Shown: piece by piece, positions 1-9,524 of the stretch
How the letters are laid out: each line of letters starts with the position of its first letter
Numbering within the stretch: position 1 is the first letter of the stretch
Source: Candidatus Omnitrophota bacterium
GTDB taxonomy: Bacteria > Omnitrophota > Gorgyraeia > JAHIPI01
Length of the DNA stretch: 43,253 bases
Direction: 5' to 3'
Assembly: GCA_016931215.1 (NCBI GenBank)
Contig: JAFGFD010000090.1
Location: 1 to 43,253, forward strand
Program-made: the position numbers and the translations under genes
The notes under the pieces: model-generated
What the model was told of the DNA's origin: nothing
Databases searched by the model: none
The model's input: only the letters and a program-made list of their open reading frames with translations

Positions 1-1998
1 GGCGACATCGCCAAGAGCGAGTCTGAATTCACGGTAGCTCAAACAGGCGCGATAACCATAACCTCGAGCTATAAGACGTTACCGCAGCAGGGAGATTCTG
101 TCGCCATCAGCATAACAGGAGGCTCTATTATATCGCCTACTCCTGCTCCGGCTACTGTCAAAGTCGGAGACGTGCTTACGATAAAGGCGCAATATCCGCC
201 TCCGGCCAACAAGTCATTTAATCAATGGCTGGTATCGCCTCAGGGGGCAGTGTCATTCGGCGCTTTAGGAGCCGGCCAGACGACGGCTACCGTAGTAAGT
301 ATTGCCGCGCCGATTACGATAACGGCTGACTTTATGGATGACTTCGGGATGTTTGGCGACCCTGACGTTATATACGATGTAGTAGTAGTCCCCGGCAGCC
401 AATCAGACGATGTCTATGTTACGCAATGCGGGTACGGAAAATCTATTGCGGTAAATGCGATAGTTAGGCCGGGCGAAGAGTTTGTTGAATGGTCGTCAGC
501 GGGACCGGTGGAAATAGAAAGAAGATTGTTGACGGCGACCTCCGTTAGAGTGTACGGTAAAGGAGCTGTGAGGGCTACGCTTAGAGCTATGCCGACCGCC
601 ACTTTATCGGTCACAGGCGGCTGGATGATATCACCGACCGGTACATCGACTGTGGTTCAAGTTGTAGATACCATTGACATCATGGCAGACATTCCCGCCG
701 GAAAGCAATTCGACCAATGGTCAGTGCTACCTGTGGGAGCGGTAAGCTTCGGCTCAATCACTTCTGCTGAGACAACCGCTACAATACAAAGCGTTGCATT
801 GCCAATCACAATAACGGCGAAGTTTAAAGATACACCTGTGATGTACACACTCACCGTGATTCACGGTACGGATCGCGCCGACAGATATTCAGTGCAGTGC
901 GGTTACGGCGAATCCGTAAGTATCAGTGCTACGATTAAGGACGGAGAAGAGTTTACTGAGTGGAAATCATCAGGCCCTGTTGTAATAAGCAATGCAAATA
1001 GGGCATCTACCTCGGTAAAAGTCTGGGGTAACGGAATGGTATTGGCGATGATACAAGATATACCTATCGAGACATATACACTTGAGGTCATAGGCGGCAC
1101 ATCTTCGGGCCAGACCCAAATAACATGCACCGCGGGAGAGACAGTATATATATCGGCAAGCATCCCCTCGGGCAAGGAATTCAGCGAATGGCAAGCGACC
1201 GGGGGCGTAATCGTCACCAATCCTTTAAATAGTTATACGGCCGTAACCGTAAACGGGAGTGGTACTGTGGAGGCTATCTTTGTAGATATTCCGGCGCCCG
1301 TGCTGTATACCCTTACCGTAATCCCGGGCAGAGACCGAGCCGACATGTATTCAGTACAGTGCGGATATGGCGAGACCGTCAACATAAGCGCTATAGTGGA
1401 AGAAGGGGAGAAATTTAATCAGTGGAGAGCATCAGGTCCACTGGAGGTGGGCGATTTATTTAGCGAATCTACGTCAGTAACGGTCTGGGGTGACGCAACG
1501 GTAGTGGCCATGATAAGCGAAATCTTACCTGAGACATATACACTCACGATCATAGGCGGCACATCTTCTGGCCAGACTCAAATAACATGCACCGCGGGAG
1601 AGACAGTATATATATCGGCAAGCATCCCCTCGGGCAAGGAATTCAGCGAATGGCATTCGGTGGGAGATGTCGTTATAAACAGTCGTTTAAGCAGCTACAC
1701 GTCTGTGACCGTGAACGGAGACGCGACGGTTGAGGCTATCTTTGACGAAGAGACTTATCAACTCGATGTAAGCGAACAGGAGGGTTACTGGTGGTCGACA
1801 TCTTGTACATACGGCGAGACCGTCTCTATATCGGCGTGGGTCAGCTCAGGACAGGAATTCGATTACTGGTCATCGTCGGGTGACGTGGAAGTCGAAAGTC
1901 CATACAGCCAGTCGACATATGTGACCGTTCGTGGTGATGGTTCTGTAGAGGCGATGTTTAGCCAGACAGGTTACGGAAATACAGTTACAAGCCGTTAA
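1..1998 (+). CDS. Large surface protein made of Listeria-Bacteroides (InlB B-type) repeats; 5'-partial, open from the window edge
   Basis: Frame 1 is open from nt 1, so the GTG at 172 is not the real start. About 8 modules of ~75 aa follow the pattern YTLTVI.G...(Y.VQ)CGYGE.V.ISA....G..F..W...G.V.........T.VTV.G..TV.A.F, typical of the Flg_new/InlB B-repeat fold. Confidence 0.7.
   Translation, partial: GDIAKSESEFTVAQTGAITITSSYKTLPQQGDSVAISITGGSIISPTPAPATVKVGDVLTIKAQYPPPANKSFNQWLVSPQGAVSFGALGAGQTTATVVSIAAPITITADFMDDFGMFGDPDVIYDVVVVPGSQSDDVYVTQCGYGKSIAVNAIVRPGEEFVEWSSAGPVEIERRLLTATSVRVYGKGAVRATLRAMPTATLSVTGGWMISPTGTSTVVQVVDTIDIMADIPAGKQFDQWSVLPVGAVSFGSITSAETTATIQSVALPITITAKFKDTPVMYTLTVIHGTDRADRYSVQCGYGESVSISATIKDGEEFTEWKSSGPVVISNANRASTSVKVWGNGMVLAMIQDIPIETYTLEVIGGTSSGQTQITCTAGETVYISASIPSGKEFSEWQATGGVIVTNPLNSYTAVTVNGSGTVEAIFVDIPAPVLYTLTVIPGRDRADMYSVQCGYGETVNISAIVEEGEKFNQWRASGPLEVGDLFSESTSVTVWGDATVVAMISEILPETYTLTIIGGTSSGQTQITCTAGETVYISASIPSGKEFSEWHSVGDVVINSRLSSYTSVTVNGDATVEAIFDEETYQLDVSEQEGYWWSTSCTYGETVSISAWVSSGQEFDYWSSSGDVEVESPYSQSTYVTVRGDGSVEAMFSQTGYGNTVTSR
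1069..1193. repeat. Intragenic direct repeat, copy 1 (125 nt)
   Basis: Near-identical to 1531-1655, offset 462 nt (154 codons). The last ~78 nt (caaataacatgcaccgcggg...cagcgaatggca) are identical by eye. Confidence 0.9.
1531..1655. repeat. Intragenic direct repeat, copy 2 (125 nt)
   Basis: Partner of 1069-1193. The encoded peptides ETYTL.(V/I)IGGTSSGQTQITCTAGETVYISASIPSGKEFSEW are identical. Confidence 0.9.
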
Positions 1999-2062
1999 AA
2001 TAGAAGCGCATAAATAAGATTTTATCGGGCCGGCGTTAAGCCGTATCCCGTTGCAGAGCGGA

Positions 2063-2106
2063 GAAGAAGAAGGGCGAGAAATTCTCGCCCTTCTTCTTTG
2101 TTTTTG
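2063..2106. terminator. Bidirectional intrinsic terminator between convergent genes
   Basis: Arms agaagaagggcgagaa (2065-2080) and ttctcgcccttcttct (2082-2097) are perfectly complementary. A T-run (ttgttttt) follows on the plus strand and an A-rich run lies on the other side. Confidence 0.6.
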
Positions 2107-2140
2107 GGGACGGTTCCGTATCCTTACGGAAACCTGTCCC

Positions 2141-3289
2141 CTAATCGGCATTCATGAACTCGACCACGGATCTTGCGGCACGCGAACTCGCCCCCGGCTT
2201 ACCCAAAGTCTCTTTTAGTTCACGGAGTCTTTTCTTTATGTCATCACTCTTTGCAGGATTGAATAGAATCTCGGAGGCCTCTCTGTACAGATTGCCGACG
2301 GTGAGGCTGTATTGGATCAATTCAGGCACTATCTTTTTTCCTGCCAGGACATTGACGAGTCCTATCGAAGATACGCTCATGAACGGCTTCATTATTATGG
2401 CATTTAGCAGAGATACCTTGTATATAATGACCATGGGCACATTCATTATTGCGCACTCCAAAGTGACCGTACCCGAAGCGGCAATGGCTAGATCGGTTAT
2501 CGACAGGCAATCGTACAATTCGTTTTCTTTGTTTTCCACTACCCTATGAGGTGCTTTGAAATCTTGCAGATATCGGTCGAATATTTTACTGTCAAGATTA
2601 CTCGATCTGACTATCACGAATTGAATATCGTTCGATCTTCGATATAACAGATCGCACGCCTTTGCCATCGCGGGTAGAAGGAAGTCGATCTCGCGTTTGC
2701 GCGAGCCGGGTAAGAGAGTGACCGTCTTTTTGTTTTTATCAAAAGACAGTCGTTTCATAATAACTTCTTTGTCCGAAGAAGACCTCGCTATGTCTAAAAG
2801 AGGATGCCCGACGAATTCGGCAGGGACGCCGCTCTTTTTATAAAGGTCTGCCTCGAAGTCAAAGAGTACGAGTATTTTGTCGACGTATTTTTTTATTTTG
2901 TTGATGCGCCACTTTCCCCAAGCCCACACCTGTGGGCTTATGTAATACAATACTTTGACCCCGCGGCTCTTTAACGCCTTTGCCATTCTAATGTTGAAAC
3001 CCGGGTAATCCACCAGGATTACCAGGTCGGCTTTTTCTTCCATGACTTTTTTTACGAAATCTGTGAATATTCTCTTTATTGTGGCGAAGTTTTTTATGAC
3101 ATCAGAGACTCCGACGATGGCAAGTTCGTTGGAGTCATAAAAAAGCTTTACGCCTTCGCGGGCCATTAGGGGACCCCCTATACCCATGAGTGCCGTATTT
3201 TGATTGGTTTTCTTTATCTCTTTGGCGAGTCTGGAGGCGTGGAGATCGCCCGATGGCTCTCCGGCCACCAGGAAGATTTTTTTACTCAT
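2141..3289 (-). CDS. lpxB: Lipid-A-disaccharide synthase
   Basis: 382 aa. N-terminus MSKKIFLVAGEPSGDLHASRLAKEIK is the LpxB signature, with GT19-like length and layout. Confidence 0.9.
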   Translation of the reverse strand: MSKKIFLVAGEPSGDLHASRLAKEIKKTNQNTALMGIGGPLMAREGVKLFYDSNELAIVGVSDVIKNFATIKRIFTDFVKKVMEEKADLVILVDYPGFNIRMAKALKSRGVKVLYYISPQVWAWGKWRINKIKKYVDKILVLFDFEADLYKKSGVPAEFVGHPLLDIARSSSDKEVIMKRLSFDKNKKTVTLLPGSRKREIDFLLPAMAKACDLLYRRSNDIQFVIVRSSNLDSKIFDRYLQDFKAPHRVVENKENELYDCLSITDLAIAASGTVTLECAIMNVPMVIIYKVSLLNAIIMKPFMSVSSIGLVNVLAGKKIVPELIQYSLTVGNLYREASEILFNPAKSDDIKKRLRELKETLGKPGASSRAARSVVEFMNAD

Positions 3290-4208
3290 GTAACTTGGCC
3301 TTTATCTGCTTCGTAATGTCTATTGCCACACCAAGTGCTTCGCGCGCTTCTTCTCCCGAGACTATAGGTCTTTTGTTTTCAAGCACGCAATGGACAAAGG
3401 ATTCAAGTTCTTTCTTGAGAGGCTCTTCCTTTATGATTTTAATTCTTTCTTTTTTCAGACGGCGGCTCTTTCTTTTGTATAGAATAGCCGATTGGTTGAG
3501 GTAATTGAGGTTTATGTGGGAGTCTTCCTGTGATATCCTGATCGTTCTCTGCGCCTTCTTGGTGACGCGGCTTGCCGTAAGGTCGCAGATTATATCGTTT
3601 GCAAATGTCAACCGTACGTTGGCCGTGTCCTCATGGTCGGATACGGACTTTACGCCCACCGCCTCGATTCCCTGTACGGGACTTCGAATCAGGCCGAGTA
3701 TGATATCGATATCATGTATCATCAAATCGAGGACCACCCCTATGTCGGCGGCCCTTTCGACAAAAGGTCCGAGACGATTACATTCTATAAAACGGGGCGA
3801 TTTTATATATGGCTCTATAGCCCTTATTGCCGAATTGAAGCGCTCTATGTGGCCTACCTGGATTATCAGATTATTCTTTTTCGCTATCTCCAAGAGCTCA
3901 TCGGCCTCTTCAAGGGTCTTTGTTATCGGTTTTTCTATTAAGACATGAATACCCTTATTCAAGCATTCTTTGGCTATTTGATAATGAAGAAATGTGGGGA
4001 CGGCTATACTGACCGCCTGGACCTTATCCAGTATATCATAGTAATTACTGTAATATTGAGTGTGATATTTTTTCGCTACCTTTTTGCCTTTTTCCTCATC
4101 CGTGTCGCATACTCCCGCAAGCACAACCCTGTCCAATTCTGCGTAGACCTTTGCGTGCTTTGAGCCGAGATGACCGACACCTATGACAGCTACGTATAAT
4201 TTATGCAT
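3282..4208 (-). CDS. Gfo/Idh/MocA-family NAD(P)-dependent oxidoreductase (possible GnnA-like UDP-GlcNAc 3-dehydrogenase)
   Basis: 308 aa. N-terminal Rossmann motif VAVIGVGHLGSKHA and the EKP motif (LIEKPI). Overlaps the lpxB start by 8 nt, implying an operon. Confidence 0.8.
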   Translation of the reverse strand: MHKLYVAVIGVGHLGSKHAKVYAELDRVVLAGVCDTDEEKGKKVAKKYHTQYYSNYYDILDKVQAVSIAVPTFLHYQIAKECLNKGIHVLIEKPITKTLEEADELLEIAKKNNLIIQVGHIERFNSAIRAIEPYIKSPRFIECNRLGPFVERAADIGVVLDLMIHDIDIILGLIRSPVQGIEAVGVKSVSDHEDTANVRLTFANDIICDLTASRVTKKAQRTIRISQEDSHINLNYLNQSAILYKRKSRRLKKERIKIIKEEPLKKELESFVHCVLENKRPIVSGEEAREALGVAIDITKQIKAKLHE

Positions 4209-4361
4209 CTAACATACCTTTACTTTTTATAGCCTTAACTCATCAAATTGTTTTGATTATATCACTTATGCCGGCTATATGCAAGAAAAAATGGCAGGAT
4301 AGAAACGTTTTTTGGCGTAGAGGTCTTTGATGGCAAAAATGCCTCCACGGCCATTAATTAC

Positions 4362-4390
4362 TTGTCCAAGTATAACAAATATGATAAAAT
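4362..4390 (+). promoter_or_regulatory. Sigma70-type promoter candidate for the ABC exporter
   Basis: TTGTCC, 17 nt, TAAAAT, with TGn directly upstream of the -10 (tgataaaat). Lies 30 nt before the ATG at 4420. Confidence 0.45.
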
Positions 4391-4419
4391 ACTCACCAAT
4401 ATAAAGGGGTAGCAAAAGG

Positions 4420-6246
4420 ATGAGAGATTACATACGGTTACTTAGGTTCTTGCGGCCGCATCTTTGGGTTTTGCTCATTGCCGTGATATTCATGCTTCTT
4501 TTTGGCGTGTTTGAAAAGGCGTCTTTATGGGCAGCGATTCCATTCGTTGATAATATTCTATCGGGTAAAGCAATAGTCATGCCCGGGCAGAATTATGCAC
4601 CGCAGTTTGTCGTTGGCATTGTCGATAGGATAAACATGCTTGCGAGCCGATCGCAACTGACTCTTCTTTACTGGATCCTGGGCGTGCTGGGAGCGCTTTT
4701 GTTCCTTCGTGAGGCGACATCTTTCTTTAAGAGCTACTTCATGCGCGATTTGGGAGAGAGGGTCATTCGCGATATAAAGGCAGAGATATATGATAAATTT
4801 CTTTCTCTCTCGCTGGGGTATTACAGCAAACATCCGACGGGTAAACTTGTATCGCGCATAACATACGACGCCACCTTAATCCGCGATTCCATAACAAGCG
4901 GCCTTACGGATTTATTCGATCAGCCCATACAGATATTGCTGGGTCTCTTTGTCGTGGCGTTTATAAAACTTTGGTTCAATATATCCTGGGCCCTGATACT
5001 TCTCAGCATCGGCGTCATCCCCGCGATTCTTTATCCTGTCAGGCAGCTGGGGAAGAAGCTTAAGAAGCTTTCTAAACAGAGCCAGGATAAGATGGGAGAT
5101 ATCAATGTAAATCTTTACGAGACGATATCGGGCATGAGGATAGTAAAGGCCTTTTCGATGGAAGACTATGAGAACGAAAGGTTCAGAAGGCTGAATCAGC
5201 AATTTTATAAATTGAGCATGAAGATAGTGAAGCGTATGGAGATTATAAGCCCTATCTCCGAGTGCGCCATAATATTATGTACGGGTTTTGTAATATTTTT
5301 CGCCGGCAGGAACATAATAGATGGTAACCTCTCTCCGGGGGCTTTTATAGTATTTGTATCCGCTTTGGCGCTTATGGCTAAGCCGATGAAGCGGCTGGCG
5401 AGGGTATACGGAGTTCTGCAGACGGCGGTTGCCGCCGGGATAAGGATATTTGAAGTTTTGGACGAGAAGATAGAAGTAAGCGAAAGACCGGATGCCGTTT
5501 CATTGTCGCCTATGAGCGAAGGTATAATTTTTGAGAGGGTAAGTTTTAACTATGGAGACAAGGATGTCCTTAAAGGCGTCTCATTCGATGTCAGTAAGGG
5601 TGAGATCATAGCTTTTGTAGGGCCAAGCGGCGTCGGCAAGACCACGCTGGTCAACCTCATACCGCGTTTTTACGATGCCACAAAAGGCAGAATCAAAATC
5701 GATGGTGTCGATATTAAGGATGCTACTCTTAAGTCATTGAGGGATCAGATCGGTATAGTCACTCAGGATACAATATTGTTTAATGACACCGTAAGCGCGA
5801 ATATTGCATACGGCAGAATTGACAACACATCCAAGGCCAATATCATAAAAGCCGCCAAGATAGCAAATGCCCATGATTTTATTATGAGGACGCCTGATGG
5901 CTATGATACTATAATAGGGGAGCGCGGCTTCAGATTATCGGGCGGGGAGAAGCAACGGCTGGCTATAGCAAGGGCGATCTTTAAGAATCCGCCCATTCTC
6001 ATTCTCGATGAGGCTACGTCACAGCTTGATACGGAATCTGAACAGCTTGTTCAAAGGGCAATCGACCGGCTTATGGAAGGAAGGACCGTCTTCGTCATAG
6101 CACACCGTTTGAGCACGATTAAGCATGCCACAAGGATATTTGTCATGGATAAGGGCAATATTACAGAGCAAGGCGGGCATGCCGAGCTTATGGAGAAGAG
6201 AGGTCTTTATAAGAAGCTGTACGAAATGCAATTTAAGGACGCCTAA
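4420..6246 (+). CDS. msbA: ABC exporter, fused permease and ATPase; MsbA-like lipid A/lipid flippase
   Basis: 608 aa. N-terminal 6-TM domain, Walker A GPSGVGKTT, signature LSGGEKQR, Walker B ILILDEATS. Divergent from the lpxB operon. Confidence 0.75.
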   Translation: MRDYIRLLRFLRPHLWVLLIAVIFMLLFGVFEKASLWAAIPFVDNILSGKAIVMPGQNYAPQFVVGIVDRINMLASRSQLTLLYWILGVLGALLFLREATSFFKSYFMRDLGERVIRDIKAEIYDKFLSLSLGYYSKHPTGKLVSRITYDATLIRDSITSGLTDLFDQPIQILLGLFVVAFIKLWFNISWALILLSIGVIPAILYPVRQLGKKLKKLSKQSQDKMGDINVNLYETISGMRIVKAFSMEDYENERFRRLNQQFYKLSMKIVKRMEIISPISECAIILCTGFVIFFAGRNIIDGNLSPGAFIVFVSALALMAKPMKRLARVYGVLQTAVAAGIRIFEVLDEKIEVSERPDAVSLSPMSEGIIFERVSFNYGDKDVLKGVSFDVSKGEIIAFVGPSGVGKTTLVNLIPRFYDATKGRIKIDGVDIKDATLKSLRDQIGIVTQDTILFNDTVSANIAYGRIDNTSKANIIKAAKIANAHDFIMRTPDGYDTIIGERGFRLSGGEKQRLAIARAIFKNPPILILDEATSQLDTESEQLVQRAIDRLMEGRTVFVIAHRLSTIKHATRIFVMDKGNITEQGGHAELMEKRGLYKKLYEMQFKDA

Positions 6247-6300
6247 TGGGAGCTGAGGCGACTATATACACTAAACAGTAGTTGCCCCTGATTAAAACGC

Positions 6301-6328
6301 TTGCAAATAGGCGATATTTTGGTATAAT
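6301..6328 (+). promoter_or_regulatory. Sigma70-type promoter candidate for rpsB-tsf
   Basis: TTGCAA, 16 nt, TATAAT, with an extended -10 (tggtataat). Implies a ~200-nt leader. Confidence 0.5.
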
Positions 6329-6334
6329 ACAACC

Positions 6335-6535
6335 CCTGGCGGCTTCTTTTGCTCATACCAATAAAAGCCTCAGGGATATTTTTAGACTAAACAAATCATT
6401 TAAACAAGCGGTTACATAGGCGCAGAGTTGGGCCTGTGGGCTGCTTTAAGGAATTCCTTTCATGGCCCCGTGCCTTGGGGGACAATATAAAACGGGGCAA
6501 GAACGTGAGAGGTAATTCACTAAGGAGGAATAGAG
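6335..6535 (+). promoter_or_regulatory. Long structured rpsB 5' leader (possible S2 autoregulatory element)
   Basis: Hand-found stems ccctg..ggctt/aagcc..caggg (about 6344-6385) and gccccgt/acggggc (about 6463-6497), upstream of SD aggagg and the TTG start. Confidence 0.3.
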
Positions 6536-7441
6536 TTGGAACAAGACACACGTACGCTGATAAAGCAATTGCTTGAAGCAGGTGTCCATTTCGGGCACCA
6601 GAAGAATAAATGGAACCCTAAGATGAAGGAATATATATTTACCGAAAAGAGCGGTATATATATAATTGACCTCCAAAAAACGGTCGAGGCTCTTTTAAAT
6701 GCCTGTAATTATCTTTATGAAGTCGCCAGAAGAGGGGAGAGCATCCTTTTTGTAGGGACTAAGAAACAGGCGCAGGATATCATAAAAGAAGCTGCCGAAA
6801 AAGCCGGGATGTTCTATGTCACAAATAGATGGCTTGGGGGTCTCCTCACAAATTTTGATACTGTGAGGAAGAGCGTTGCCAGATATGACAAGATAGAGGC
6901 TATGAAGGAAGACGGCACTTTTGACAAACTCTCGAAGAAAGAAGCTTCTCAGTTGAATAAAGAACTTTTGAAGTTAAAGAAGAACCTGGACGGCGTTCGG
7001 AAAATGAATCGTTTTCCCGGAGCGCTCTTTGTGATAGACCCCGGCCGCGAGAATATCGCCGTCAAGGAAGCCTCAAAACTTAAGATCCCCATAGTTGCCT
7101 TGATCGACACAAATTGTGACCCGTCTTTGGTGACCTACATCATTCCGGGTAATGACGATGCCATCAGATCGATAAAATTGATAACGGGCATAATACTGGA
7201 ATTTGTACTCAAGGGTAAAAATGAGTTCAATGCGGGAAAGAAAGTAGCTGAGAGCAAGAAGGAAAAGGAAAGATTGAAGGCGGCAGGCGGCGCGCCGGGA
7301 GAGGCCGACGAGCTGGTTGAGAGCGCCGAAGACATTGCCGCTCGTTTCAGGCGTGGCAAAAAAGAGGAAAAGATCGAAGAGGAGAAGACGATAAGGCATA
7401 GAGTCGGTTCCAAAAAACCGACAGGCAGAAGAAGGGAATAG
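6536..7441 (+). CDS. rpsB: 30S ribosomal protein S2 with a K/E-rich C-terminal extension
   Basis: [24 protein letters not shown] and ALIDTNCDP motifs. TTG start 6 nt after aggagg. 301 aa. Confidence 0.95.
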   Translation: MEQDTRTLIKQLLEAGVHFGHQKNKWNPKMKEYIFTEKSGIYIIDLQKTVEALLNACNYLYEVARRGESILFVGTKKQAQDIIKEAAEKAGMFYVTNRWLGGLLTNFDTVRKSVARYDKIEAMKEDGTFDKLSKKEASQLNKELLKLKKNLDGVRKMNRFPGALFVIDPGRENIAVKEASKLKIPIVALIDTNCDPSLVTYIIPGNDDAIRSIKLITGIILEFVLKGKNEFNAGKKVAESKKEKERLKAAGGAPGEADELVESAEDIAARFRRGKKEEKIEEEKTIRHRVGSKKPTGRRRE

Positions 7442-7444
7442 ACA

Positions 7445-8035
7445 ATGGTTAAAGCGGATTTGGTGAAGAGACTCAGAGAAAAGACAGGCGTAGGCATGAT
7501 GACCTGCAAAGAAGCCCTGAAGGAATCGGGCGGCGATATGGAGAAGGCAATAGAAATACTCAGGAAAAAAGGAGAGGCAAAGGCCTTCAAACATGCCGGC
7601 AAGACAGCCAAGGAAGGACTTGTGGGAAGCTACATTCACCTTGGGGGCAAGATAGGCGTTCTCTTGGAATTGAGTTGCGAAACGGATTTTGCGGCAAAGA
7701 GCGAAGATTTTAAGGAACTCTTGAAGGACATATCGATGCACATTGCAGCAAGCAATCCCCTATACGTTAAGCGGGAAGATATTCCCAATGAGGTGATCGC
7801 CAAGGAGAAAGAGATATTTAAGGCCCAAGTGCAGAATAAGCCTCCTCAGGCGGTTGATAAGATAGTGGATGGTAAAATGGATAAGTTCTACACGGAAGTA
7901 TGTCTTATGGAGCAACCTTTTGTAAAAAATACCAATACGACCGTAAAAGAACATATTGTCTCATATGTGGCAAAGATTGGCGAAAATATAGTAGTAAGAC
8001 GTTTTACAAGATATCAGGTCGGAGAAGAAATATAA
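7445..8035 (+). CDS. tsf: Elongation factor Ts (short form)
   Basis: LVKRLREKTGVGMMTCKEALKESGGDMEKAIEILRKKG is the UBA-like N-terminus. 196 aa. Sits in the canonical rpsB-tsf position. Confidence 0.95.
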   Translation: MVKADLVKRLREKTGVGMMTCKEALKESGGDMEKAIEILRKKGEAKAFKHAGKTAKEGLVGSYIHLGGKIGVLLELSCETDFAAKSEDFKELLKDISMHIAASNPLYVKREDIPNEVIAKEKEIFKAQVQNKPPQAVDKIVDGKMDKFYTEVCLMEQPFVKNTNTTVKEHIVSYVAKIGENIVVRRFTRYQVGEEI

Positions 8036-8137
8036 ATTCGGTTAACGGTTTTCGGTTAAAGGTGTTCGAATTACGCAGTCTTGACGCTATTAACCGTGAA
8101 CCGTAGACCATACACCATAAACCATAAACCGATTTTT

Positions 8138-8854
8138 ATGAAAAGACCCATATTCTCTAAGATAGTCCTTAAGATAAGCGGAGAAGCTTTGCAGGGTCGT
8201 CTTGGGCATGGGATAGATGCGGATGTCATTAAATCCGTTGCGATGCAGATCAAAGAGATCCACGATTTAGGTGTCCAGATAGCAGTTGTGATCGGGGGCG
8301 GTAACATATTCAGAGGCAATGTTGCTGAGACAAGGGGCATAGACAGGGTTACCGCCGACTATATGGGCATGCTAGCGACGGTTATCAACGGTATGGCACT
8401 GCAGGACGCTCTTGAAAAGGCGGACGTCCAAACGAGAGTGATGACAGCGATAGAGATGAAAGAGGTTGCCGAACCGTTTATCAGGCGCAGGGCCATGAGA
8501 CATCTTGAGAAAAAAAGAGTTATAGTATTCGTTGGCGGTACGGGAAACCCTTATTTCACCACGGACACCACAGCTGCGCTAAGAGCGATTGAAATCGGGG
8601 CCGATGTCATACTGAAGGCGACAAAGGTCGACGGCGTCTACTCGGCCGATCCGGTTAAGCATAAAGATGCAAAACGTTTCAAAAGATTAAAATATCTGGA
8701 CGTAATAAAGAGAAATCTCAAGGTAATGGACGTTACGGCCATAAGTTTATGTATGGATAACAAATTGCCCATAATCGTATTCGATCTTTTTAAGAAAGGA
8801 AATATCAAAAAAGTTGTTCTCGGAGAGAACATAGGCACAGTCGTTGAGGGGTGA
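8138..8854 (+). CDS. pyrH: UMP kinase
   Basis: [18 protein letters not shown] and GGGNIFRG motifs. I prefer the ATG at 8138 over the TTG at 8081, which would add 19 non-conserved residues. Confidence 0.9.
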   Translation: MKRPIFSKIVLKISGEALQGRLGHGIDADVIKSVAMQIKEIHDLGVQIAVVIGGGNIFRGNVAETRGIDRVTADYMGMLATVINGMALQDALEKADVQTRVMTAIEMKEVAEPFIRRRAMRHLEKKRVIVFVGGTGNPYFTTDTTAALRAIEIGADVILKATKVDGVYSADPVKHKDAKRFKRLKYLDVIKRNLKVMDVTAISLCMDNKLPIIVFDLFKKGNIKKVVLGENIGTVVEG

Positions 8855-8857
8855 GGT

Positions 8858-9421
8858 ATGGAGACGGTAAAAGATGTTGTGTATGACGTAGAATCTAAGA
8901 TGAAGAAGACCGTGGAAGCGACGCACAGGGAGTTCAATACCGTGAGAACGGGCCGGGCAAACACGGCTATGGTGGAAGGGCTACATGTGGAGTATTATGG
9001 GCAGGATGTACCGCTGAGACAGATAGCCGGTATCTCTGCGCCCGATGCGCGACTGATTGTCATCCAGCCATGGGATCCCCAGGCCCTAGCTTCGATAGAG
9101 AAGTCTATAATGAAGTCGGATATCGGGATAACGCCGACGAATGACGGGAAGATTATAAGACTCAGCATACCTCCGCTTACACAGGAGAGGCGCGAGGAAC
9201 TGGCCAAAGTGATCAAAAAGATGGCGGAGGACGGCAAAGTTTCGCTTAGATCAACCAGGCACCACGCCAATGATATAATAGATAAGCTTGAGAAAGACAA
9301 AAAGATCAGCGAAGACGATAAGTTTAACGGCCATAAAGAGATCCAAAGGCTTATAGACAAGTATTCCGAAGAGATAGATAAGATATTTAAGGTCAAGGAA
9401 ACAGAGATTACAAGTCATTAG
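8858..9421 (+). CDS. frr: Ribosome recycling factor
   Basis: 187 aa. REFNTVRTGRAN....VEYYG and the helical C-terminal half. Canonical pyrH-frr order. Confidence 0.95.
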   Translation: METVKDVVYDVESKMKKTVEATHREFNTVRTGRANTAMVEGLHVEYYGQDVPLRQIAGISAPDARLIVIQPWDPQALASIEKSIMKSDIGITPTNDGKIIRLSIPPLTQERREELAKVIKKMAEDGKVSLRSTRHHANDIIDKLEKDKKISEDDKFNGHKEIQRLIDKYSEEIDKIFKVKETEITSH

Positions 9422-9448
9422 TTCGTATATTTGATAAAGAAATAAAGT

Positions 9449-9524
9449 GGGCCGCTAGCTCATCTGGCAGAGCACCGCCCTTTTAAGGCGGGTGTAGAAG
9501 GTTCGAGTCCTTCGCGGCTCACCA
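9449..9524 (+). tRNA. tRNA-Lys (anticodon UUU)
   Basis: Hand-folded cloverleaf: acceptor gggccgc/gcggctc (one G-U), D arm gctc/gagc, anticodon arm ccgcc-cTTTTaa-ggcgg, T arm gaagg-ttcgagt-ccttc, discriminator A, encoded CCA. Confidence 0.95.

Noticed and set aside
414-1220. Several 65-105-aa minus-strand ORFs inside the B-repeat protein gene, and the analogous antisense ORFs inside lpxB, msbA, rtcB, the autotransporter and others.
   Set aside because: They are antisense shadows within long, well-supported genes. None shows a recognisable motif or an RBS.
7073-7741. 222-aa and 158-aa minus-strand ORFs opposite rpsB and tsf.
   Set aside because: They lie entirely antisense to two highly conserved ribosomal/translation genes. 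They are low-complexity shadow ORFs of K/E-rich coding sequence.
8081-8137. TTG start extending pyrH by 19 codons.
   Set aside because: The extension ([19 protein letters not shown]) derives from a low-complexity ccataaacc repeat and has no counterpart in UMP kinases. The ATG at 8138 gives the canonical N-terminus.
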